From contig CAXXSM010000022.1 of NCBI GenBank assembly GCA_963663405.2, positions 32,001-96,000 on the forward strand: 64,000 bases of DNA. The letters are read 5' to 3'. Shown piece after piece: positions 1-8,263 of the stretch. The first letter of the stretch is position 1. Every line of letters starts with the position of its first letter. Source of the stretch: a bacterium (GTDB taxonomy: Bacteria > Hinthialibacterota > Hinthialibacteria > Hinthialibacterales > Hinthialibacteraceae). The position numbers and the translations under genes were made by a program. Under the pieces are notes generated by a model, which did no database searches, was not told where the DNA came from, and worked only from the letters and a program-made list of their open reading frames with translations.

Positions 1-2
1 GA

Positions 3-1262
3 GAAGGTGTCCAACGATTTACACTCTCCCGGCGCAAGGAAGTGGATTCCGAAATTCCACAACATAGTATTGGATTAAAGGGTGAGCCTGGGTTGAGTTA
101 TATGCTCCCCGCTGGGATATATGATGTTCGCGAAGCGTGGTTGCAATCGATAAATCAACCCGGCGATATCGTTTTCAAACTGCACGATGAATATAACAAT
201 TATGGATTGGATGAATACTCCAGCGGTTTTAAAGCGCAATATTTTAAAAGCGTTGATCCAGGAGAAACCACCGTATTCCACCTCGGCGGGCCTTTGAAGG
301 AAACGATTGAAGCCAACGCCCCTCCTCTTTCAATGGAGGTGAATGTCGAATATAGATATTTTGAAAATAAAGATGGCTTGATTTTCGACATCCTAAAAAT
401 CAATGATCCAGCGGCGGAATATCCCTATTCAAATCCCCCATTTTTCATTGCCGATCAAAATAAACGGATAATCGCTTCCAATCAATTTCATGCGTGGATT
501 GGTGGAACCGCTGAGGGAGGCATCCATTACGGCGCCGTCCGGATGCCGTTTTTCGCTTATGGAACGTATACCGCGACTGTCGCGTCAGACTACGATATTG
601 TCCAAACCGAACCGGTTTCTTTTACCTTCTATCCCCTAGGCGCGCTCTCATGGAGTATCATTACACTGTTTTGTGGAGGAGCGATCGTGTTTTCCCGCAT
701 GAGCGCGGATCGTGTGACAAGATCGAGAGCCTGGGTGTTTGTTCCTGGATTGATCGGATTGATCACGTTTCTGTTTGTGGACCGGTTCTGGATGCCTGCG
801 GCGATATTTTTAGAGGTTGTGACAATGACGTTCCTTGTATGGGGATGGAGTGGAATCCGGTCTATCGGAAAGTTTTCGTTCATAGCTCTACTCGTCAGTG
901 TTTTGATTCTCGGCTTGAATTATACATGGGCGGGGATGATCGACGAATCAAATCTATTACACGCGATTCTCTACCTGTTGGGATTGGTCATTCCTCTCAT
1001 CGCCATCCGCATTTCGGTTCAAAAACGGATATCTACCGGTCGATTGATCGCCGGCGTCTTGATTGGGATCACAATTCCCCTTCTTGGCATAATCGCCCAG
1101 CCGGAGAGGCAATGGGCGCCGTGGTGGTTTCTCGCGTATTCACTTGGTTTCTTCTCTCTCTGCGCCATGCCTTTCGCCATTCTCCTACGTTGGAATCTCT
1201 GGGCGGGAAGAAACTCCGGACTTGTCACGGCGCCGTTTCATCACGATGAATCATTAGGTTAA
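3..1262 (+). CDS. 5'-truncated membrane protein: soluble beta-rich domain followed by ~7 TM helices; soluble part resembles the C-terminal domain of the candidate selenoproteins
   Basis: Frame is open from base 3. C-terminal half is hydrophobic. Motifs LPAGIY / GETTVFHLGGP / PPFFIAD align by eye with IPAGEW / GKTVEFPFGGP / PTFAIAT. Confidence 0.65.
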   Translation, partial: EGVQRFTLSRRKEVDSEIPQHSIGLKGEPGLSYMLPAGIYDVREAWLQSINQPGDIVFKLHDEYNNYGLDEYSSGFKAQYFKSVDPGETTVFHLGGPLKETIEANAPPLSMEVNVEYRYFENKDGLIFDILKINDPAAEYPYSNPPFFIADQNKRIIASNQFHAWIGGTAEGGIHYGAVRMPFFAYGTYTATVASDYDIVQTEPVSFTFYPLGALSWSIITLFCGGAIVFSRMSADRVTRSRAWVFVPGLIGLITFLFVDRFWMPAAIFLEVVTMTFLVWGWSGIRSIGKFSFIALLVSVLILGLNYTWAGMIDESNLLHAILYLLGLVIPLIAIRISVQKRISTGRLIAGVLIGITIPLLGIIAQPERQWAPWWFLAYSLGFFSLCAMPFAILLRWNLWAGRNSGLVTAPFHHDESLG

Positions 1263-1378
1263 TGTAAACGAACCACCCCGCTCAACCGTTGATTTTAAAA
1301 AGAGGATCAACGAAACTGAACGAGAAAAGGTGGGGCGTTCGGCGCCGCAAACAACAAATTAATCACATCAATAAAACA

Positions 1379-2749
1379 ATGAATAAATCACCTGATCCAC
1401 GAAGTCTGCTGCCTTCCGTCGATCGTGTCTTGAACAGCATGAGCGCGGCGCCGGATATGGAGCGTTTTTCCCATCAGCAAAAAGTTGACGCCACTCGGTT
1501 GGTTTTAAACCAGATGAGGGTGGATTGGAGCGGCGAGACAGGTCCATCCAGCGAAGAAATCGCTCAGAAAGCCGCGTCTCTCTTAAAAGCGCGGGACCGG
1601 TCCGGTATCCGGCGCGTCGTGAACGGCGCCGGAATCATTTTGCATACAGGCCTGGGCCGGGCCGTCGTTCCCCGCGAGGCGATGGACGCGATCGCGGAAC
1701 TGGATGGATACTGCAGCCTGCAGATCAATTTAGAAGATGGTTCACGCGGCCGGCGCGACGCTGTGATTGAGGAAATCTTACAAACGATAACAGGAGCTGA
1801 AGCGGCCACGGTGGTGAATAACAACGCGGCGGCGACGCTGCTTGTATTGGCGGCGTTATGCCAGGGGAAAGAACTGATCGTCTCGCGCGGGCAATTGATT
1901 GAGATCGGCGGCTCATTCCGCCTGCCTGATGTGATCGCGCAAAGCGGGACGGTGATGGTGGAGGTGGGAACGACCAATAAAACCCATCTGCGGGATTACG
2001 CCAACGCGATCACGGAAGAAACGCGCGTCCTGCTGCGCGTCAATCCGAGCAATTACCGCATCATCGGTTTCAGCCAATCCATCTCAACCGCTGAGCTGGT
2101 GACGTTGAAAGAAGGGCGGGATCTGATTGTCGTAGACGATCTTGGCTGTGGCGCGCTGGTTGATCTAAGCCTGTATGGACTGCCGAAAGAACCTACCGTG
2201 CAGGATAGTATCGCGGCGGGCGCGGACGTGGCGCTGTTCAGTGGGGATAAACTGATTAGCGGACCACAATCCGGGATTATTGTGGGTAAGAAAGAATACA
2301 TCGCCAAAATTCGGAAACATCCCTTAGCGAGGGCGATGCGGGTGGGTAAATTCACCATCGCGGCGCTGGAAGCGACTTTGAAATTGTTCCTCAATCCCGA
2401 TACATTGGTGGAAAACCATCCCACTTTACGCATGATCTCCATGAAACTTCCCACCTTGCGTCAGAAAGCGCAGTTTCTCGCGCAACGGCTTTCTTCCATT
2501 ATTCCATGCCAGGTCATCGAGGAACAAAGCGCCTGCGGGGGCGGCTCGCTGCCGGACTGCCCGCTCGATACCGCGGTTGTATCCATGCGTCATGAACGGC
2601 TGAATGCGGCTGAATTCGCGCAGCGCCTGCGCATGGGAGAGCCATCCATCATCACCCGCGTTCAGAATGAGGCTGTTCTGATTGATGTACGGACATTGCA
2701 GGATGGCGACGAAGAGCGAATTGAAGCCGCGATCAAAAAACTCAAATGA
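1379..2749 (+). CDS. selA: L-seryl-tRNA(Sec) selenium transferase (selenocysteine synthase)
   Basis: Motifs LPSVD, VVNGAGIILHTGLGRA, VNNNAAA, SRGQLIEIGGSFRLPDV, EVGTTNKTH, FSGDKL (PLP Lys), HPLARAMR. Start at ATG 1379 inferred. Confidence 0.96.
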   Translation: MNKSPDPRSLLPSVDRVLNSMSAAPDMERFSHQQKVDATRLVLNQMRVDWSGETGPSSEEIAQKAASLLKARDRSGIRRVVNGAGIILHTGLGRAVVPREAMDAIAELDGYCSLQINLEDGSRGRRDAVIEEILQTITGAEAATVVNNNAAATLLVLAALCQGKELIVSRGQLIEIGGSFRLPDVIAQSGTVMVEVGTTNKTHLRDYANAITEETRVLLRVNPSNYRIIGFSQSISTAELVTLKEGRDLIVVDDLGCGALVDLSLYGLPKEPTVQDSIAAGADVALFSGDKLISGPQSGIIVGKKEYIAKIRKHPLARAMRVGKFTIAALEATLKLFLNPDTLVENHPTLRMISMKLPTLRQKAQFLAQRLSSIIPCQVIEEQSACGGGSLPDCPLDTAVVSMRHERLNAAEFAQRLRMGEPSIITRVQNEAVLIDVRTLQDGDEERIEAAIKKLK

Positions 2750-2782
2750 AGCATTATTTTTTTTAAAGGGAAAGGGAGCGAA

Positions 2783-3994
2783 ATGAATTCAGATTGCTCT
2801 GGAAATCCACCTCAACCACAACCATCCGAATGCTGTCAAACGAAGTCCACCTGCGCGCAAAGCCCGATAGCGCGTTTTGAAAACATGATCCCCAACGCGC
2901 TGGCGTTCGCGCAGGACGCCAAAGCCAAGGGGCAGAAAATCGCGGGGATCTTCTGTGAATATGCGCCGCGTGAATTGTTCTTCGCCGCCGGGATGGTTCC
3001 TATTTGCATGTGCGGAGGACAACAATCCACCATTCCCGAAGCGGAGACGGAACTTCCCAGCAATCTCTGTCCAGTGATTAAATCCAGCTATGGCCACCAT
3101 CTCAAAAAATCCAATCCTTTCTTGGAAATGTCCGATCTCATCGTCGCGGAAACGACATGCGACGGGAAGAAGAAAATGTATGAGTTGATGAGCCACGGCC
3201 GCAACATCCACGTCATGGAATTACCCCAAAAACCAGATGAACAAACCGCCTTCAATCATTGGCTCAACGAACTCCATCTTTTGAAAGAGAAGATCGAAGA
3301 AGTAACAGGAAAGACAATCGATCGGGAAGCGTTATTAAGCGCGATTGAGAGAATGAATGAAGAACGCGATCTGCGGCGGGAAATCGCCTATCTAGCCTCT
3401 GAGAATCCACCCTTGGTCACTGGCAAAGAAGCGCTGCTCGCGAAAAGCAGCGTCTCGCTGATCCCCTGTGACATAGCGGGATACAAGAAAATTCTCGAAT
3501 GGGCGAAAAACCGGCCCAGCCCCTACAATGGACAGCTCCGGATTTTAATGACAGGCGTTCCCCATCCGCACGGAGCCGAGAAAGTGATGGAGATCGTGGA
3601 GGAGTGTGGCGGCGCGATCGTCGCGCAGGAAAACTGCACAGGACTCAAACCGATCATGGACAACGTAGTTACCGACAGCGATCTAATGGAAAATCTCGCC
3701 CGGAAGTATTTTGATCTGCCCTGCTCCTGTATGACCCCCAATCAAGGACGAACCGATTTGCTCAACCGGCTTATAAATGATTTTAAACCGGATGGTATGA
3801 TCGATCTTGTTTGGCAGGCCTGTCATACCTACAACATCGAAGCGGAATTGATCCGCCGGGAAGCGCGGACACGCTGGAATCTTCCCTATCTGAAATTAGA
3901 AACCGATTATTCCCCCTCCGACCGGGCGCAGTTAACAGTGCGTGTGGAGGCGTTTTTGGAATTATGCCGGTCGAATGGATCGAAGAAATCTTGA
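2783..3994 (+). CDS. 2-hydroxyacyl-CoA dehydratase family protein, double-cubane [8Fe-9S] reductase (DCCP)-like
   Basis: Cys pattern FCEYAP, MCGG, NLCP, ETTCDGKKKMYE, ENCTG, CSCM, QACHTY and C-terminal ETDYS..D..Q...RVEAFLE. Confidence 0.85.
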   Translation: MNSDCSGNPPQPQPSECCQTKSTCAQSPIARFENMIPNALAFAQDAKAKGQKIAGIFCEYAPRELFFAAGMVPICMCGGQQSTIPEAETELPSNLCPVIKSSYGHHLKKSNPFLEMSDLIVAETTCDGKKKMYELMSHGRNIHVMELPQKPDEQTAFNHWLNELHLLKEKIEEVTGKTIDREALLSAIERMNEERDLRREIAYLASENPPLVTGKEALLAKSSVSLIPCDIAGYKKILEWAKNRPSPYNGQLRILMTGVPHPHGAEKVMEIVEECGGAIVAQENCTGLKPIMDNVVTDSDLMENLARKYFDLPCSCMTPNQGRTDLLNRLINDFKPDGMIDLVWQACHTYNIEAELIRREARTRWNLPYLKLETDYSPSDRAQLTVRVEAFLELCRSNGSKKS

Positions 3995-4026
3995 GCTAAG
4001 TTCATCGTTTGATTTGACAGTTTTGT

Positions 4027-4069
4027 GGATTTACGCCAGGGCAGAAAAAAGCCTTGCCCTGGGCGCCCG
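4027..4069 (+). repeat. Dispersed hairpin repeat, copy 1 (CAGGGCA...TGCCCTG)
   Basis: GGATTTACGCCAGGGCAGAAAAAAGCCTTGCCCTGGGCGCCC, near-identical to the reverse complement of 57333-57375. Confidence 0.8.
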
Positions 4070-4188
4070 CGCCCATGGAAAAGGGAATGCTGGATATGGC
4101 GTAATTCGGAATAATACCAAAATGAACTAATACCTTGTTCTTGGCGCTCGTTTAGAACGAATGAGCAAAAGAGAGTTGGAGAGAATAT

Positions 4189-5841
4189 ATGCGGTTTCCT
4201 GAAAAACGTAAAACCATTATGGCGCGATCGATCGCGTTGGGGCATTGCGTCTGCAATCCGAAATTGAAATGCCCCTGCCCATCACTGATTAATGAAAACT
4301 TATGTCCCTGCGCGGGGGAACGGCGCGATCCCCCGAAAGGCCCGGTCCGTCTGACCGAATATGTGCGCAAGGTTGGCTGCGCGTCGAAAATCAATCACCG
4401 CGATCTGCATACCGTCTTGGCGCAGCTGCCCACATTTGACGATCCCCATGTAATCTTAGGTGTAGCGGCGGGCGATGACGCCGGTGTCTACGACATTGGC
4501 GGCGATTACAACATCGTTCAGACGGTTGACGTTTTCTCGCCGGTGATTGATGACGCGTATACGTTTGGGCAGATCTGCGCCGCCAATTCTGTCAGTGATA
4601 TTTACGCGATGGGAGGGCGGCCGGTCTGCGCGCTATCGATCATCGGCTTTCCCATTGAGGATCTGCCCCATGAGGTGATGGCCGAAATCCTGCGCGGCGG
4701 GATTGAGACGCTGCGGGAAGCGAATGTCAGCGTGATCGGCGGACACAGTATCAACGATGAAGAAATCAAAGGCGGCTTCGCAGTAACAGGATTGATCAAC
4801 GGCGGCGGAAGCGTAACGGTCAGCGGCGCGCGTCCAGGCGACCGGCTCGTTCTCACCAAACCTATTGGCACAGGCGTCATCGCTTTTGCCAACCAGATCG
4901 CCCGCGCGTCAGAAGACGCCCTTAAATTGATCGGTCAAATCATGGCCGGACTCAACAAAGACGCGGCGGAACTCATGATCGCGCATGGCGCGCATGCCTG
5001 CACCGACGTGACAGGCTTCAGCCTGTTAGGTCATCTTACCGAAATGACACGCCACAGCGGCGTGAGCGCCCGAATCGACACCGCCACCATACCATTCCTC
5101 GCCGAAGCGATCGGGGGCGCCCGGCAGGGAATCATTCCCGGCGCGATCGAACGCAACAAAGAAGCGTTCTCACAAGGCATTTCCACCGATGGCGAAGAGG
5201 ATGCGCTGCTCAATCTACTCTATGACGCTCAAACCTCCGGCGGTCTTTTAATCGCTTTGCCAGAAGAGGGAGTGGGGCCTTTTATCAAAGCGATGCGGTC
5301 ACGCGGTCATGAAGCGGTTTCGGAAATCGGAACCATCGTGGAACCAGAAGAATCACTCATTCATGTCACCCTTAACGAATCCACAAATCTCGTGGGTGTC
5401 TATCAAGAGATCCCCCCGAAAGAAAAACCGGAACCCATTCAACCCAGCGCCGAACCACTCGCCTGTTGTGAGAATCCTCCCAGCGCGGAGGTTAAAAAAT
5501 CCGTTACAGATAGCGCCTCAAAACCGTCCCTATCTATGGCGCTTGGATCTCCCTCCGCGGAGCAAACGGCATCCAGCGAAGCGTTTAAACAATTCATGAA
5601 AAGCGTCAATACGCCAGGGAGCCTCGATGCGCGGATGAAGCGGTTGTTGAACGTCGCCTTAGCCACAGCGCAGCGGTGCGAACAATGCCTGCAGATCCAT
5701 ATCGAACACGCGTTGTCTGAAGGGATCTCCCGCGGCGAGATCGATGAAGCCGCCTGGCTGGGTATTTCATTCGCTGGCGCCCCGGCGAAATTGTTCTACG
5801 AAGAAACATGGCGGGAATTGGATAGGAAAGATAAGTCATAA
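4189..5841 (+). CDS. selD: Selenide, water dikinase (Cys-type) with N-terminal Cys-rich extension and C-terminal AhpD/CMD-like domain
   Basis: RLTEYVRKVGCASK, DDAGV, QTVDVFSP, AANSVSDIYAMGG, LTKPIGTG, TDVTGFSLLGHL, DAQTSGGLLI. Tail LDARMKRLLNVALATAQRCEQCLQIH is CMD-like with CxxC. Confidence 0.93.
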   Translation: MRFPEKRKTIMARSIALGHCVCNPKLKCPCPSLINENLCPCAGERRDPPKGPVRLTEYVRKVGCASKINHRDLHTVLAQLPTFDDPHVILGVAAGDDAGVYDIGGDYNIVQTVDVFSPVIDDAYTFGQICAANSVSDIYAMGGRPVCALSIIGFPIEDLPHEVMAEILRGGIETLREANVSVIGGHSINDEEIKGGFAVTGLINGGGSVTVSGARPGDRLVLTKPIGTGVIAFANQIARASEDALKLIGQIMAGLNKDAAELMIAHGAHACTDVTGFSLLGHLTEMTRHSGVSARIDTATIPFLAEAIGGARQGIIPGAIERNKEAFSQGISTDGEEDALLNLLYDAQTSGGLLIALPEEGVGPFIKAMRSRGHEAVSEIGTIVEPEESLIHVTLNESTNLVGVYQEIPPKEKPEPIQPSAEPLACCENPPSAEVKKSVTDSASKPSLSMALGSPSAEQTASSEAFKQFMKSVNTPGSLDARMKRLLNVALATAQRCEQCLQIHIEHALSEGISRGEIDEAAWLGISFAGAPAKLFYEETWRELDRKDKS

Positions 5842-5971
5842 CTTGAAACTCAATCGCTCGATCCGTCGTATTAGTAAGAGTAAGGGCGGGCAAATCGATT
5901 TGAATGCCCCATTCCTGTTTGGGAATGATAAAACCAAGTGGTTACTCTTAAATCGAAATGGAGGAAAGCGG

Positions 5972-7849
5972 ATGTACAATCGAGTGAGTGTCTTGTATGT
6001 AATTACAGTTATGAGTTTTTGTCTTGCGGGTGGAGCCGTTCTCTTGATGGCGGCTTCGGATGTAGAAACAGTAACGATAGGGGCAACGGTTCCAGACATT
6101 GAAGCGGATAGTATTGAAGGGCTTCCAGTCTCTTTCCGTCCGCCGGAGGGAAAGATTCTGCTCGTTCAGTTTATGGATTCAAGCGCAGATCAAGCCGATG
6201 AATCCATCCGGGATCTAATCATTCTCTATGGACGTTTCCGTGAGAGCGGTTTACATCTTTTAAATGTGTTTATGGATACTAACGAGGATCAAGTCATCCG
6301 TTTTTCAACACGGTGGCAGGTCCCCTGGGCGCAGGTGTTGGACGCGGATATGGAAGGCGAAAGAGCCTCTCAAGTTTTCGGCGTTAAAGAATTCCCCTGC
6401 AATTTCCTGCTCGATTCAGATGGCAAGATTCTCGCATTAAATCTCACTGGAGAGAACGCGCACAACTTAATCGCCGAACAGCTGAACGTCTCACTCGATT
6501 CCCTGCCAATGCCCGAAGCGCCCACACCGATCTCCGAAGGAGGATCGAGCAACCGGGATGCGATAATCGCTACGGCGTCCCGCGTTCCAACAATTAATCT
6601 GCTGGGCACGAAACAAGAACGCGAAGAAGTGGAAGCCTGTAAAGAATACCTTCGGAAAATCAGCCTCGCTCTCACGGCTTACAAGCAGGATCATGATGGG
6701 GAGCCGCCGAATTGGCTTCACGAACTGTTTCCCAAATACCTCCAAGATGAGAAAATTCTTATATGCCCTTGCCCTTTGGCTAGATCCGTCCAGACACAAT
6801 TAAAACTCGATCCAGAGATGAGATGCAGTCATTTATACGAATTTGCTCCATCGGAATTGACCGGGGGAGAGTATTCATCCTATAGGGAATGGAAAAAATC
6901 TCAACTTAACCAGTTTGGAGACAAAACGCCTATTGTGCGTTGTCTGTACCATTCGAGACCTTTGAGTTTATCGTATGGAGGCGAAATCTATTTCAGTTCG
7001 CAGGTTTGGGAAAATGATTTTCCGCAGGGCTGCAGCATCCATGATCCTGACGCGAAAACTCGAAAAGCAATGATGGACATCGCGCTCGCGCTGGATCGAT
7101 ACAAGAAAGAGAATAACACGATACCAGATGAACTTAGGGATCTTTATCCGAAATACATCCGAAACGAGACATTTTACCTCTGTCCCAGCACTGAACAGCC
7201 ATTTTCCTATCAGTTTTCGAAAAAATCCGGTTTGCGGGAATGGAAAACAGAACAGCTAAAGATCTACGGCGGTTATGTGCCCATCGTCCGGGCTCGGGGG
7301 GTTCTTAGAAACGGGAATGTCATCAATCTGGCGTACAATGGCGAGATCTACGAAAGCCCCAGTGTTTGGGAGACTCTCTTCATTCGTGACAGAGCCGCGA
7401 TACTGAAATCAACGGCCGCCGATCGAAAAGCCATTTCCGCACAATCCCCAGAAATAAGCAAGGCGGAAATAGATATGCGTTCGTTATCGGTCGCGCTCGA
7501 ATCCTTTTTTATTGATAACAATACCTACCCTCTTCCACTAGAAGGGCAGTCCATCGACAAAGTAGGGATTAAAACCAGTTCCAGAACGATTCGTCTGACT
7601 ACACCCGTCCGGTACATCACTAAAATACCCAAAGATCCGTTTTCGAAAGAATCCGGTTACTACCATTATCACAGTGATGGGAAAAATTTTTACATTCTGG
7701 CCTCTGACGGCCCCGATCAGAAGCCGGATTTCGATGTGAAACAATACGATCCGGGCAAAGGTTCGAAGAAAAATGATCTCAAAACCTTTACCTACGATCC
7801 CTCAAACGGATTAAACAGCCGAGGTGACCTTTTCAAAGTAGGACCTTAA
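5972..7849 (+). CDS. Exported protein, paralog A1: Cys-less TlpA/redoxin fold, two pilin-head-like modules, GspG-like C-terminal domain
   Basis: GGAGG before ATG 5972. N-terminal hydrophobic segment. GKILLVQF..FGVKEFP.NFLLDSDGKI redoxin pattern without CxxC. C-terminal DNNTYP..RLTTPVRYITKIPKDPF..SDGPD..YDPSNG. Confidence 0.7.
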   Translation: MYNRVSVLYVITVMSFCLAGGAVLLMAASDVETVTIGATVPDIEADSIEGLPVSFRPPEGKILLVQFMDSSADQADESIRDLIILYGRFRESGLHLLNVFMDTNEDQVIRFSTRWQVPWAQVLDADMEGERASQVFGVKEFPCNFLLDSDGKILALNLTGENAHNLIAEQLNVSLDSLPMPEAPTPISEGGSSNRDAIIATASRVPTINLLGTKQEREEVEACKEYLRKISLALTAYKQDHDGEPPNWLHELFPKYLQDEKILICPCPLARSVQTQLKLDPEMRCSHLYEFAPSELTGGEYSSYREWKKSQLNQFGDKTPIVRCLYHSRPLSLSYGGEIYFSSQVWENDFPQGCSIHDPDAKTRKAMMDIALALDRYKKENNTIPDELRDLYPKYIRNETFYLCPSTEQPFSYQFSKKSGLREWKTEQLKIYGGYVPIVRARGVLRNGNVINLAYNGEIYESPSVWETLFIRDRAAILKSTAADRKAISAQSPEISKAEIDMRSLSVALESFFIDNNTYPLPLEGQSIDKVGIKTSSRTIRLTTPVRYITKIPKDPFSKESGYYHYHSDGKNFYILASDGPDQKPDFDVKQYDPGKGSKKNDLKTFTYDPSNGLNSRGDLFKVGP

Positions 7850-8156
7850 AAATAATAATTGAAATAGATCAAAGCCTTTTCCTTAATAAATTGTATCAAA
7901 ATACGAACAACGATAGTAACATTCAGGTAAACAGATAGAGATCACTAAACAGCGTGATTGTTTTACTCGTTAATTAATAATGAATAAGCGCCTTTCTGTT
8001 CGCATCGAAACCGCCTTTCTCAGGCCGGTTCGATTTGGAATGGCGTCTCATGAAAGTTGAAAAAAAAACAATAAAATAAGGGGAATTATTTCAATTCTCT
8101 TTCGTATATTCTTGAGAGACATTGTCTTGATTCCCAAAAACGGCGAATTCACATCG

Positions 8157-8250
8157 AAACCATCATAATTGAGATTACAACTGCAGATGAAAATGAGTTG
8201 CGAGAGTAATCACGAACGAGAAAGTCTCGGAAACTCATTTAAATATAAAA
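8157..8250. repeat. ~94-bp dispersed intergenic element with long inverted repeat, copy 1
   Basis: AAACCATCATAATTGAGAT..ATGAAAATGAGTT..AACTCATTT; other copies at 22056 and 24307. Confidence 0.85.
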
Positions 8251-8263
8251 TGGAGAAAAATGG

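Noticed and set aside
5744-5971. Upstream extensions of ORFs 5744, 12285, 27805, 32279 and 50414
   Set aside because: They overlap neighbouring genes or lack an RBS; paralog alignment and RBS positions favour the later starts used above.
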